NCBI GenBank assembly: GCA_963575745.1
Contig: CAUYUJ010000313.1
Location: 1-64,000, forward strand
Length of the DNA: 64,000 bases
Origin: Prorocentrum cordatum
Taxonomy: Eukaryota
Direction of reading: 5' to 3'
This document shows positions 36,311 to 48,380 of this stretch, one piece after another; within the stretch, counting starts at the first letter, position 1; each line of letters begins with the position of its first letter. The notes beneath the pieces are model-generated. The model was not told the DNA's origin, did not search any database, and worked only from the letters and a program-made list of their open reading frames with translations. The translations under genes were made by a program, and so were the position numbers.

Positions 36311-37159
36311 GCAGTTTTGGCGGTCCCCCAAACCGCTCGAGCGTGAGCCTCATTTTCATTGAAAATGTAGCCGGCGCCTCGGCGAGAGCGCCAGGGCGCC
36401 TGTAAGGGGTCCAACAATAACAATTGTTCAATAACCAACCTTCAACAACAGCAGCAATCATTTAAAGAGTACTCGTTCTTACCTGCTCGCATGCCGTTCA
36501 ACACGTATATCCCAAACCCTCGGTACCCGCTCTATTCGCCGTCGATCGTACCCCGCTTGAGGGTACATCTTCCCTACCTGCCGCGTGTAGGTGGCGCAGC
36601 CCCTAAAACAGGGGAAGAGAGGACGGATGGAAGCGGGAGGGGGGAGGACAGAGCACGAGAGAGATTAGCAGGAAGGGGCTAGGAGCAGAAAACACGTGGC
36701 AGAACCAGACGGGCAGATCGGGCGGGTAGACCCGAACGGGCGGGTCGAGAAGGCGGGCCCAGGCGGCCAGGTCGAGAAGGCGGGTTGCCGAAGGGTGAGC
36801 ATGAATAGCGAGGAAACCTAAAGCGATAGCGCGATTCCTAAGTAAATCATGAGAAAGGCCCGAGCGACTTCGTGATTCCTAGATGGAATAAATTGCGAGA
36901 AAGTCCCACGCGAGAGAGCGATTTCTGCATAAATTGTGAGGAAGCCCAGCGCGAGAGCGCCATTTGGGAATAAATTGTGAAGCAGTACCAGGCGGGAGCC
37001 GGTGTTGTTGTAAATAAGGAAGCCAACCACAAAATTCTGAGACTCAAGAGCTTCCCTGATTCAAAACCTGGTGCGAGCCCCGGGAAGGGCACTTCGATCA
37101 AAATACACCATGTGCACCGAAGAGGGGGATCAACAATAATCGTTTTTAGAAATGGGAAT

Positions 37160-37320
37160 ACAACAACAACAGCAACAACAACAACAACAATTGCAACAAC
37201 AACAACAACCAAACATAATAACAACAAAAACAACAAAATAAAAATCAGGGTCATTAGCATCATCAGTATGATCACCATCATCATCATCAGCAGCAGCATC
37301 AGCATCAGCATCAGCACGAG

Positions 37321-37358
<38 letters not shown>

Positions 37359-37790
37359 CCATCACCATCAGCATCACCACCGTCATCATGACCAACTCCA
37401 TCACCATCACCATCACCAGAATCATGAGCATCATCATCATCACAATCAGCAAACAACAAACATTATCATCAGCATCATCATGGTCAACGACATCAACATC
37501 GTCAATACAATCACCATCGTACATCGCCCGTTGCCACCATCACCATCATCATCATCACCAACTACATCATCATGTTCATCATCATCAGCATCATCGTCAT
37601 CAGCATGTTAATCGACATCAGCAGCATCATGATCATCATCATCATCAGCAGCATCAGCATCATCATCGTCATCATCATCATCATCATCATCATCATCACC
37701 GTCGTCATTATCAGCAACATCAGCATCGACGTCATCAGCATCATCAGAGGCGTCATCATCATCAGCAGCATCAGCATTACCAACATCATT
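37160..37790. repeat. (AAC)n then (CAT)n microsatellite
   Basis: Direct inspection. Confidence 0.93.
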
Positions 37791-37839
37791 CCCCAAACAG
37801 TGCTTGCCCTTAGGGGTTCTTACTTCTTTTCTATCTAAC

Positions 37840-40800
37840 TGCCGTCGGTATTGCGGCTAAGTGTCGCCGTCGCCGCCCCGTCGCCGCTTCGTCGCCGCCC
37901 GTCTTCTGGGCCTGCCCGTCGGTCTGACGGCTACTTGTGGTCGCCGTGGCCGCACCGTCGCTCTGGGCCTGCACGTTCGTCTGTTGGCTATGTGGTCGCC
38001 GTCACCGGCCCGTCGCCGTCTGGGTCTGGGTTACGCTGCACTGCGTTGCGTTACTGCGCATTGCATTCCATTGGTGTCAATTGCTGTGTTTGCATTGCTT
38101 CGCCTGGGTTTGCAGTTCTCTGCGTTGCATCGCTTGGCAATGGTTCACAATGTTTCACACGGCTCCTCAGTACCGCTCATTGGTTCGCATAGCTTTGCAT
38201 TGTATTGCACTGCTTTGTAGTGCGTGGCATTGCTCGGTATTGGTGCGCATAGCATGCCACACAAGGCAGAGTGGGAGGCTTATGCCACACTGATTGCAGA
38301 ACATAGAATATACCGCACAGATTGCTCAGCACATATTCTAGGATCTACCCCCCCCGATTTAACCAATCCCATTTTCGTATTGTAGAGTACATATGACTCT
38401 GCCCCATCGCCCATCCTGACCATGAACTCGTACCATCCCAGGCAGACCGGTAACGGTTTCCCCGTCATCGTCTGCAAATAACTACTATGCGCGCGCACAC
38501 GTGTATCAAAAATCACACATGTTCAAGATTCCGTTTACAAAAAAATGTGACGAAGTGCACACGCGCGCGTCGTCGCGCGCGCATGCCGAAATCTTTGGGG
38601 GAACAAAACCGTTGGTTTCGCAGGGATTTCAAAATCGAGTGAAAACGCTGTTTTGCATCAAGAATGTTCCAACAAAGTTTGAGTTCACGCTCCTGTGAAT
38701 ACACAAGGTTTTTCAACATGTTCATGGAAATTTACCAGATGGGACTTTCGCGCGCGCATGTCAAAAACCGTTCGAACGCACTTGCGCGCGAGCTGTCGCA
38801 AGAAGCCCTCGCAAAAAAACATGACGAAACTCACACGCGCCCGTGGTCGCGCGCGCGTGCCGATGGTCTTTTATCACAAAAAACTTCATAAGAATGTTAA
38901 GATGCACGACAACATATAGAAGCACATGGGTTTGCAACATCCGTGTTCAACAACGAACGAGTCCGCGCTCTCGAAAATATTCACGGAAACCACAGGTTTT
39001 CCAACATGTTCATGACATCTGGCCGAACGGGCGTTTCGTGCCGCATTCATTTGAACGCCCTTTGCGCGCGTGCTGGGTGGAACGAACCGTGTCAAATCAT
39101 TCCACGCGGGCCACTCGAAGGTCCCCCCAAGCGAGGCCAGTACACATCGTCGCGCCCCCTTCCGGGCCAAGGCGATCAGCCGCGGAGCACTCTCGCGCGT
39201 CGGCCGCGCACGCACGTCGAACTCCTCCCAAAGCCTTCATCACCAGCGCGAAAACGCCCTCATCGTCCACGGGGTGATCAGCATCGGCGCCGTCACTGGC
39301 CGTGCCGTCGCCTATATCATCACCGTCACCAGCGTCGCTGAAATCATAATCGTGTCCACCGTTGTCGACGTTACCACGATACCGCGCCCGCCCCACTGGC
39401 CGATTCGCACTGCTGTGTCGCCAGGGAGTGCCCCGAGGTCACCGCCACCGCGGTCGCGTTTGTCGCGCCAAACTAGCTGGCCGCTGCGCGCGAGAACATG
39501 CGCGGGCTAGCGAAGCCGGACAGATGCACTAGCCAGCACCAAGTACTCATCGCAGTCGCCAACGCATGCGTTTTGCAAAAAAGTGGCGGGCGGGTGGGTA
39601 GGATGATTGCACGAGCAACGTTGACAACTGCGAGCTCCATCAAAGAATTGCACCACATGGATTGCATCACATAGCTTACACCGCATGCACTGCCCATCCC
39701 TGTACTGGACCACATATAGTGCACCGCATATAATTCACAATCTATATTGCACGAAATAGCTTACACCACAAATAAGTTTTTTTCTAAAACAGTAATAGGA
39801 TATACCCCCCCTGCCTTATCGGTCCGGCTTTTCGCATTGCAACTGACATATGATTATGACCCTGCGTCAATACTACATATCAAATCATACCATCCCAAGC
39901 GAGCCGGAATCGCCCCCCCCCCCGGTCCCCTTTTCCCAAAAATGTGCGCGCACACTCGCTCATCAAAAAACATAGGTATTCAGGATAATAGGGACCGATG
40001 TACGCACGCACGCGTCGTCGCGCGCGCATGCCAGAATCTCTTCTTCAAACAGTAGCTTTCGCAAGGATGTCATTCTCGATGTCCTCGTAACAAATCTAAA
40101 CAACTAGTTCTGCAACGTATTAAACACACAATTCGCACATGGGCCGTTAGGGGGCACGTTCCGTGTCAAACACGGCCACGCGGGCCACTCGCGCGCGTCG
40201 GCAAAGCGCATGTCGAATCCCTCCCAAAACCTTCATCACCGACGCGATGACATTGTCATCGTTATCGGCGGGCGTGATCAACATCGGTGCCGTCATTGGA
40301 CTTGCCGTCGTCATCGCCCCCATCGTCACAATCATCGTTCCTCTCATCATCGCGTCTACCGTTGTCGGCGTCGCCAGGATACCGCGCCCACCCAAATCAC
40401 CGACTCGCACTGAAGTATCCGCTGGTTGGAAGTGCCCAGTGCCCAGCGGTCAGCGACACCGCGGCCGCGCCAGTAGCCGCACTAGCTGGTCGCTGCGCGC
40501 GCGAGCGTGCGCGGACTGGGGCGGCCGCAAAGATGCACCAGCCAACGCCAAGCACTCATCGCGATCGCCGTCGCATGGGCTGTGCAAACCAACTTGTGGC
40601 TGGGTGGGTGGGACGTTTGCGCGAACAGTGGAGTTGACAACTGCAAGATCGGCGGGGCGAATTGCACCGCATAGATTGCACCACACAAATTGCACCACAT
40701 CGCGTACACCACATGTGTTACCCAACCGCTATTGCACCACGCAGCTTACATCCCGCCGCTCCCACCACATATATTCTCCTTTCCTGAAAAAACAGGATAT

Positions 40801-43520
40801 ACAACCCTCGCCCCCCTGGACTTAAAGACCCCCTCTTCGTATTGCAATGTACATATGATTCTGCCCCATCGTCCATCCGAACAACGAATTCATACGATCC
40901 CAGCCAAATCGGTATCGCCCCCCCCCCGTGCCCTTGCGAAAAGTACTATGCGCGCACACTCGTTTATCAGAAACCATAAGTTGTCAAGAATCCCTTGCAA
41001 AGTTTCGGACAAAATCGAGTTCCCCAAAAAACATACAAAAAGCATAGGATTTAGCAACACTGGCTCAAAAAAAACGTACGCGCGCGCTCTTGCGAAATTT
41101 AAAAATGGTTGTTGTCCGAATGTTCACGAAAATGCTACCAAACGGGCCTCGCGCGCGCATGTCGAAATCGTTCGAACGCCCTTGCGCGCGTGCCGTCGCG
41201 AGAACCCGCTGCAACAAATGGGACGCACTGCACGCGCGCGGGTCGTCGCGCGCGCATGCAAAATACTTCAAAAACCTTCGGTTTCGGACGGAATTCAGAA
41301 TCGACTGTCCCAAAAACATACAAAAGCACAAGGTTTCGCAACACGGATTTTCAGCAAAAGCGTGCGCGCGCGCTCTTGCGTCGTCGTCATCGTCGTCGCC
41401 GTCCTCCCTCCTCCCTCGTCGTCGTCATCGTCGTCGTCGCCGTCGTCGTCCTCTGTCTGTCGTCGTCGTCGTCCTCCTCTTTGGCGTCGTCGTCGTTTCC
41501 GTCGTCGTTGTCGCCGTGGTCGTCCTTCCTCCTCCCTCGTCGTCGTCGTCCGTCGTTGGCGTCTTGTCGTCGTCCCTCCTATTTCGTCGCCGTCGTCGTC
41601 GTCGTCGTCTTCCCTCCTCCCTCGTCGTTGTCGTCGTCGGCGTCGCCGTCCTCCCTCCTTTTTCGTCATTGGCGTCGTCGCCGTCCTCCCTCGTCGTTGT
41701 CGTCGTCGTCGCCGTCGTCGTCCTCCCTCCTCCCTCGTCGTCGTCGTCTTTGTTGGCGACGTCGTCGTCGTCGTCGGCTTGGTCGTCGTCGGCGTCGTCG
41801 GCGGCGTCGTCGTCGTCGGCGTCGTCGTCGTCGTCGGCGTTGTCATCGTCGTCGTCGTCGGCGTCGGCGTCGTCGGCGTCGTCGTCGTTGTCGGTGCCGT
41901 CGTCGTTGTCGGTGTCGCTGCCAAGTGCAATTTGGTACCTACCGTCACGGTCTCAAGAGGCTTTGCGACCAAGTTGCGGGTGGGAGGGTGGGATGTGTGC
42001 ACGGGTAGTGGAGAAGACAGTTTCAAAACAGCCAAAGTAAATTGCACCAGGCTGCTTGCACCACATATACTCTCCCTCCCCAAGGAATAATAGGATCTAG
42101 CCCACCCCCCCGGGGTTCACGGGCCACCTGTTCGCATTGCAATTGACACACGACCCTGCCTCATCGTCCATCCGAAATATGAATTCGCACCATCCCAAGC
42201 AGGCCGGTATCGGTTACCCCCCCACTCATCCTTTGGAAAAATGCGATTCGCGCACGCTCGTTTCACAAAAAACATAAGTTTCCAAAAACCCTTCGCAAAC
42301 AAAGAAAAGAAGTGCACGCAAGCGCGCGTCGTCGCGCGCGCATGCCGGATTCATTCTCGAAACCCTGGGCCCCATAAAGAATTGAAATCGAACGCCCCGA
42401 AAACACACAAAAAATACATGGTTTCCCAACGGGGTTCGCACTCTTGCAGATTCTGAAGCAACCCATAGGTTTTTCAACACGTTCGTAAAATGCTACCCAA
42501 CGGGCCTCTCGCGCGCGCGTCGAAATTGTTCGAGCGCCCTTGCGCGCGTGCTGTCGCAAGATTCCTTTTTACCAGGACGGAAAAAAAAAACGAAGTGCAC
42601 GCGCGCGCGCGTCGCCACGCGCGCATTCCGAAATGTGTCTCAAACCTGCGGCTGTGTACGGGTTTCAAAAACGGGTGTTCAAAAAACATATGAACACACA
42701 CACACACACACACACGATGTTGCAACATCAGTTTTCAACCCCCCCCCCCCCCCCCCCCCCCCCAACAAAAAAAAAAAAAAAAAAAAACACGCGCGCGTTC
42801 ATTTGAAGAAACCATAGGTTTCAAACTTGGTCGCCAAATTCTGCCAAACGGGCCTCTCGCGCAGCATGTCGACTTCATCCGGACGCCCTTGCGCGCGCGA
42901 TGGGGGGCACGCCCCGTGTCAAATAATGCCACGCGGGCCACTCACGCGCGTCGGCCCCACGCGCACGTCGAACTCCTTCCCAAACGTTCATCACCGACGC
43001 GGGGACATCGTCATCGTTGCCGGCGGGCGTGATCAACATCGGCGCCGTCATTGGCCTTGCCGTCGTAATCGCCACCATCGTCACCATCATCGACACTCCT
43101 ATAATCGTCGCAGCGGTACCGTGCCCGCCCATGTCACCGAGTCGCACTGAAGTGCCCGCTGAAGTGCACAGCGGTCAGCGCCACCGCGGCCGCGCCAGTC
43201 GCGCCACATCAGGTGGTCGCTGCGCGCGCGAATGCGCGGGCTAGCGCGGCCGCAGAGATGCACCAGCCAGCGCCAAGCACTCATCGCGATCGCCGTCGCA
43301 TGGGTTTTGCAAACCAGTTGCGGGTGGGTGGGTGAGATGTTTGCGCGAGCAGTGGAGTTGACAATTCACTGGGAGCAGTGGTAGATTGTACCACATGACT
43401 GCATCGCATCGCTTGCACCACATAGATGACACCACATAGATCAGATCGCACAAGTGACACCGCATAGCCTGGACTCCGTAGATTGTACCACGTAGAATGC
43501 TAGAACACACTGTGTGGGAT
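37840..43520 (+). repeat. Cluster of three or more diverged units of the CG-palindrome repeat family, with a (GTC)n tract at 41380-41915
   Basis: Palindromic motif at ~38562, 40011, 41233 and 42322; core block at ~39190, 40185 and 42940 is homologous to 11890 and 13975. Confidence 0.8.
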
Positions 43521-43539
43521 CCAGCCTGGCTAAACGCAT

Positions 43540-43926
43540 CATCACCGCCATCATCATCATATTCGTTACCATCCTTACAACAGCCAGCATCGTCGTCATC
43601 ACCAACATCATCATGATCATCGTCATCATCATCACCACCAACATCATCTGTATGGTCATCAGCGTCGACAATCATCATGACAATATTCACATCGCCATCA
43701 ACCTCACACTCGTCGTTAACAGAATCATCTTTATCGCGATCATCGTCATCGTGATGGCCTTCTACCATTGTCCCCAGCATTGCCATCATAATCACCGTCG
43801 TCATCACCAGTGCCGTCATCAGCATCGTCATCATCGGCATCATCACCAGCATCATAAACATATTCAGCATCGCTAGCATCATCATCATCATCATCATCAG
43901 AAGCATCATCACCATCATCATCACCG

Positions 43927-43958
<32 letters not shown>

Positions 43959-44046
43959 GCATCAGCATCATCGTCATATTCATCATCAGCATCATCATCA
44001 TCAGCAGCATCATCATGTTCATCATCGTTCTCTCTCTCTCTCTCGA

Positions 44047-44085
<39 letters not shown>
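43540..44085. repeat. (CAT)n followed by (CT)n microsatellite
   Basis: Direct inspection. Confidence 0.93.
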
Positions 44086-44086
<1 letters not shown>

Positions 44087-47000
44087 GTCATCCCCCTCCC
44101 TACCAAACCCACACCCCACCCACCCCACGCCGCCAACCCGTCTGCCTCACCTCCCGCCATCTTCCCTCATCAGGAGGAGACTGGCCTTGACTACGCAGCG
44201 AAAGAAGAAGCTGCACGCGATATGGGCTCCAAACCCGGATTGCCATTGGCTGACCCCCTTCCGCCTCCCCCGCCCTCCCTCACCCTAGTCCGCAGGATCC
44301 ACGACTATCGGGAGCAGGCACAGCCTGTTCGACAACAACGCCGTGCCCCCCCTTTTCCGCTCAAGGGAATCCCTGGTGCTCACACCTTTGATCGTCCCGC
44401 AGGCGTCTCGGCGCCCGACCCCTCCTTTCCTCCTCTCTGGGGCTCTCCACAACGATCGCTTCCAAGCCAAACAGGAGGCCATTTTTCGGAGACGGCCATG
44501 GGTCAGGGCCGAGCCGAAGAGGCAGCCGCGCAGGGCCCTGCCTCCTCAGCCCAGGCTGTAGCCCACCCCCAAGATGGTCGCCCAGAGAGTGCCCTCCTCT
44601 GCTGAGCTCGGGGTTGTGCCTAAGACCCCTCCTACAACCAGGCCTCTCCCCGAAGTTCCTCGCCTCCGCCCCGAATTCTCGAGTACTGTCCCCGGACCAG
44701 TCTCCCCACCGCCAGGTGGTTTCGACAACCCTCCGCCTGTCCCGCCAGATGTTTGATGGGGCCCAGGGACACACAAACAAATACACACACCTCCCAGGAC
44801 TCCCCATATTTTCTCATGTGTTCTGGGATCGACGATTAGTTGTGTCTGTGGTGTTCCCCTCCTGAACCTCATGGGTCCGTCGTGCCCAGCAGCCTCCCGA
44901 GGCCTGGCAGGGGAGCTCCCCATCTGACGCACCCTCCCTGCCTTTTCGCCCCCAACCTCGACTTCTTCCGATGATCGCGCCTGCTGCATGGACTAAGCGC
45001 GTGCAAACGATCACCCCAGGTGGCAGGGGAGCGCCAAGGTCAGGATATGGACACTCGCCCTATCATCCGCGACGGTGCCTCGCCGTGGGATCGGGCAGGC
45101 CTCCAGCACCTCGCCAAAGGCGTCTCACCTTCGCCATCCATTTCTCCAACGGTAAAGCTCCGTCCATGGCTCCCACGGAGAAGGCCGAAGATCTTCCGCA
45201 CTCCTTCGTTGAGAGTACTTTCTGCTTCTCCTGCAACACAGGAAGCAGCTGAGGCCGAACCATCCGAAGAGATTGAGAAGCCCTCTCGCACGGACATGTC
45301 CCGCAAGAATGCTGCAACCCGCATGCTCCATAAGTCCAAAGCGACTTCCAGGGGAGGCGAGTTTCGGCTTTACACGTCTCGTCACCGCACGGCAGGTGCC
45401 GTGGCCATCATCGGACCACAGCACGTGCCGACACGAGCGAGGGGTATTTTGTGCAGCAGGCCGAGGCCCCCTGAACCTCTAAGAGGTTCCTTGCAGGTGT
45501 GCCAGGCCAGCAGCGCGGCTCCAGGTGCTCTTCCACGTCTCCCGCTCAGCATCGGGCCCGCAGTTCTCACTGCAGCCAGTCTAGGGCCCGTTAATAGCCA
45601 AACTCGCATGCCCTCCCGCTGTGTCTTCCCCATATGTTTGAGGCGCCCGACGGTGAGGACTAGCCCGGCGGCGCACGCCTCACGATCTCCTGCCCTGGCG
45701 ATGACTTGTGTACTTCCCGTCACCCAGCTCCTCATTGCTCTACCCCTTTGCTCAATATCGAAAGCGATGGAGGCTTCGGGGGTTGGGTTATCCGACTGTG
45801 CCTCTTCGCAGCCCGGCAGACAGGTGCTCAAGGCACCTCTCTCCAATTGCCCCATCGCTATTCTGTATGTTTCTTCATCCCGACGTGTCATAGCCATGTC
45901 TGCCCGAGCTGAGGCAACGAAGAAACTACAGGCCATCCTATACCAGCAGATCCGCCTCCGCCTGCAGTAGGCTCCTCTGATCCTTGCGCCTCCTCTCCTC
46001 AGCCTTTTCCACCAGGCGACTCTCGAGGTGGGACGCCGGTGCAGGGATGACGTTACCACCACGGCACGCGTACTTTCGTTAAGTGGTTTCCGACCAGCTG
46101 TGTCGCCACCTGGAGGCTGGCGGACGGCTCGGACCATCCCTGTGTTTGAACCCAAACCTGAGCCTCTCCTGGCAACGAAGCCTGAACCTGGGAATGGATC
46201 CGCGTTCCTGGCCGAGCCACTCTGTCATCGGCAGCGGCGGCGCGAGGAGGCGAGGGTCGAGCCTGAGCCCACTGGCAAGCGCCCCAAATCCTCCAAAGAG
46301 TGAGGATGCAAGCACTGAGTCAAGGTTGGTGGGGTCATAGGTTGGGGGAGGAAGGATTCCAGTCCGCAGGCTTCTCCAGAAGAAGAGCAGAGCTGAGAGG
46401 CGGTGCGTGCCACTGGTTAGAGGTGCGCGCCAGGTTGCACGGCATGCCTGAGACCTCCTTCCTCGTTTGTGCGACTCTCTTCTTGCCTGCCTCCTCCTCC
46501 TCCTCCTCCTCCTCCTCCTCCTCCTCCTCCTCCTCCTCCTCCTCCTCCTCCTCCTCTGGAATCAAGCTCGAAGCTCGAGTCTGCATCGGTCGGTCATGAA
46601 GCCTGACAAAGTGAATGGGAAGGCTAGCACGTGACAATTCAATATATTGGTGCTGCTGCTCGCAAACCTGTTTTTGTGTTGACTCTTGGCATGAGGTATC
46701 TGGAGGAGGGTGGTGCTAGCGGGAGAAGGGTCTCGTACACAGGCTGTTCTTTACAGAATCGCAGAGCCCGGTAGCTCCGCATGCGCCTGTCACTCCCGAG
46801 GCACAAGCCCAGTCGCACCGCGATTGTGGACCTCCATCCTCGCCTGTACATCGTTCCTCCCTCAGGCCTCCTCCTCCAGAAATCAAGTTCGAGGCATGCG
46901 TCTATACTATCTTCTAGAGCGACGGATCACGCATTCTTCTCTCGGCAAGGCGGTCCTCGCCTAGTCTCCTCCCAGCCTCTCTTAAGTTCCCATGCCTCTG

Positions 47001-48054
47001 GCAATCTCACACCTCCCCTAAAGAGGTCTCTGGGAGACTCTTGTGTCCCCCTAAGCATGGCCTCTGCACGGTCGCGCCTCTCCAGACGTCCGTGCGCCAT
47101 GCTTTTGCGATTCCGCGTACGACCCTGCTCTATGGCATCAGGTATATAGGAGGGCTGGCTTGCATGAAAAGAGAGTCTCGCTGCACAGGCTATTATGAAA
47201 GCTGCGCAGAGCCTGGGGCTCCGCACGAGCCTCTCCTTCTAGAGACGCAGGAACAGTCGCACGGCGGCTGGATACCTCCATCCTTTCCTGTACTTCTACT
47301 CCTCAGCTCCTCCCCTTCCCTGAATGGAATGTATCGGCCTTTGCAATCTCACACCTCCCCGCGGAGTTCTCTAAGAGATTGCGGCGCCCACCAGACATGG
47401 CCTCTGCGTGGGCCCGCCTCCCCCGGCCCCATGCGGCATGTCTATCTTTGCACGCTGGCCCAAGCAGCTCTTTCGCAAGTCAACTAACCAGGAGATTGGG
47501 ACGGCAGGCCATGACTCATATGGAGGCACGACGGTTTAAACCGCCTCACCCTGCACTCGTACCTAGGCCACAAGAACATCCCTCAAGAACATGAGACCCT
47601 CCGTCGGCCAGTACAAGCAGAGCATCCAAAGGTACCCTCTCCAGGATGTACAAGAACATCCGACAAGCACGAAGAACATTAGGGTACCCTCCCCAAATCG
47701 ACCTCGAAAATATGCCTCGGTCCGACTGTATCCTATCCTCCCTCTTCTCACTACACTGTCCTCCTCTCTTCCTCGATGCTTGATGGCCACAGGGCCCATT
47801 TCCCTGCTGCCTACACAGGCACCTTTTGACGCAATGTAGCTGCTTACCAGGACAAAGCTTGACTACACTAGTCACCGCACCGACCTACTTGGCAGAGGAT
47901 AGCCCCACTGTGGCCTCCGATTACAAGCGCGTGCGCGTCTCGGCGTGAGCTGCCACCTCTGGCTGGGGGCGCTTGTCGTAAGAAAGGACCCAGCCACGTG
48001 CAGTTGCGAGTACCGCAGTCGTGAACATCGTCTTCGGTGGAATTCTTTCTTATG

Positions 48055-48380
48055 GGGGCGCGAAACGTGCGAGGGGTGTGCCAAAGTGGGATGGCGGCGG
48101 CACGCGGGCGATGCCACTGGTGCCTTCGGCGGAGCTCCCTCTGGGGCCTTCGGTCGAGCGCCCTATGGGAGCCGCGAAATGTGTAAAGGGTGTGCCCGAA
48201 TGGGCGCGACGGGCGCATGCGAGCACTGCCCATTTTGGGGCCCTGCCTGTGGGGGCCACGAAACGTGCGACGGGTGTGCCGAAATGGGTGCGGCGGGCGC
48301 ATGCGGGCGCTGCCTTTTGGGCCTTCGGTGGAGCTCTCTCTCTGGGGACAACACGAAACGTGTGAGGGGTGTGCCAAAAT
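48055..48380. repeat. Diverged ~100-bp tandem repeat (GAAACGTGCGAGGGGTGTGCC core), about 4 copies
   Basis: Core at ~48062, 48176, 48260 and 48355. Confidence 0.7.
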
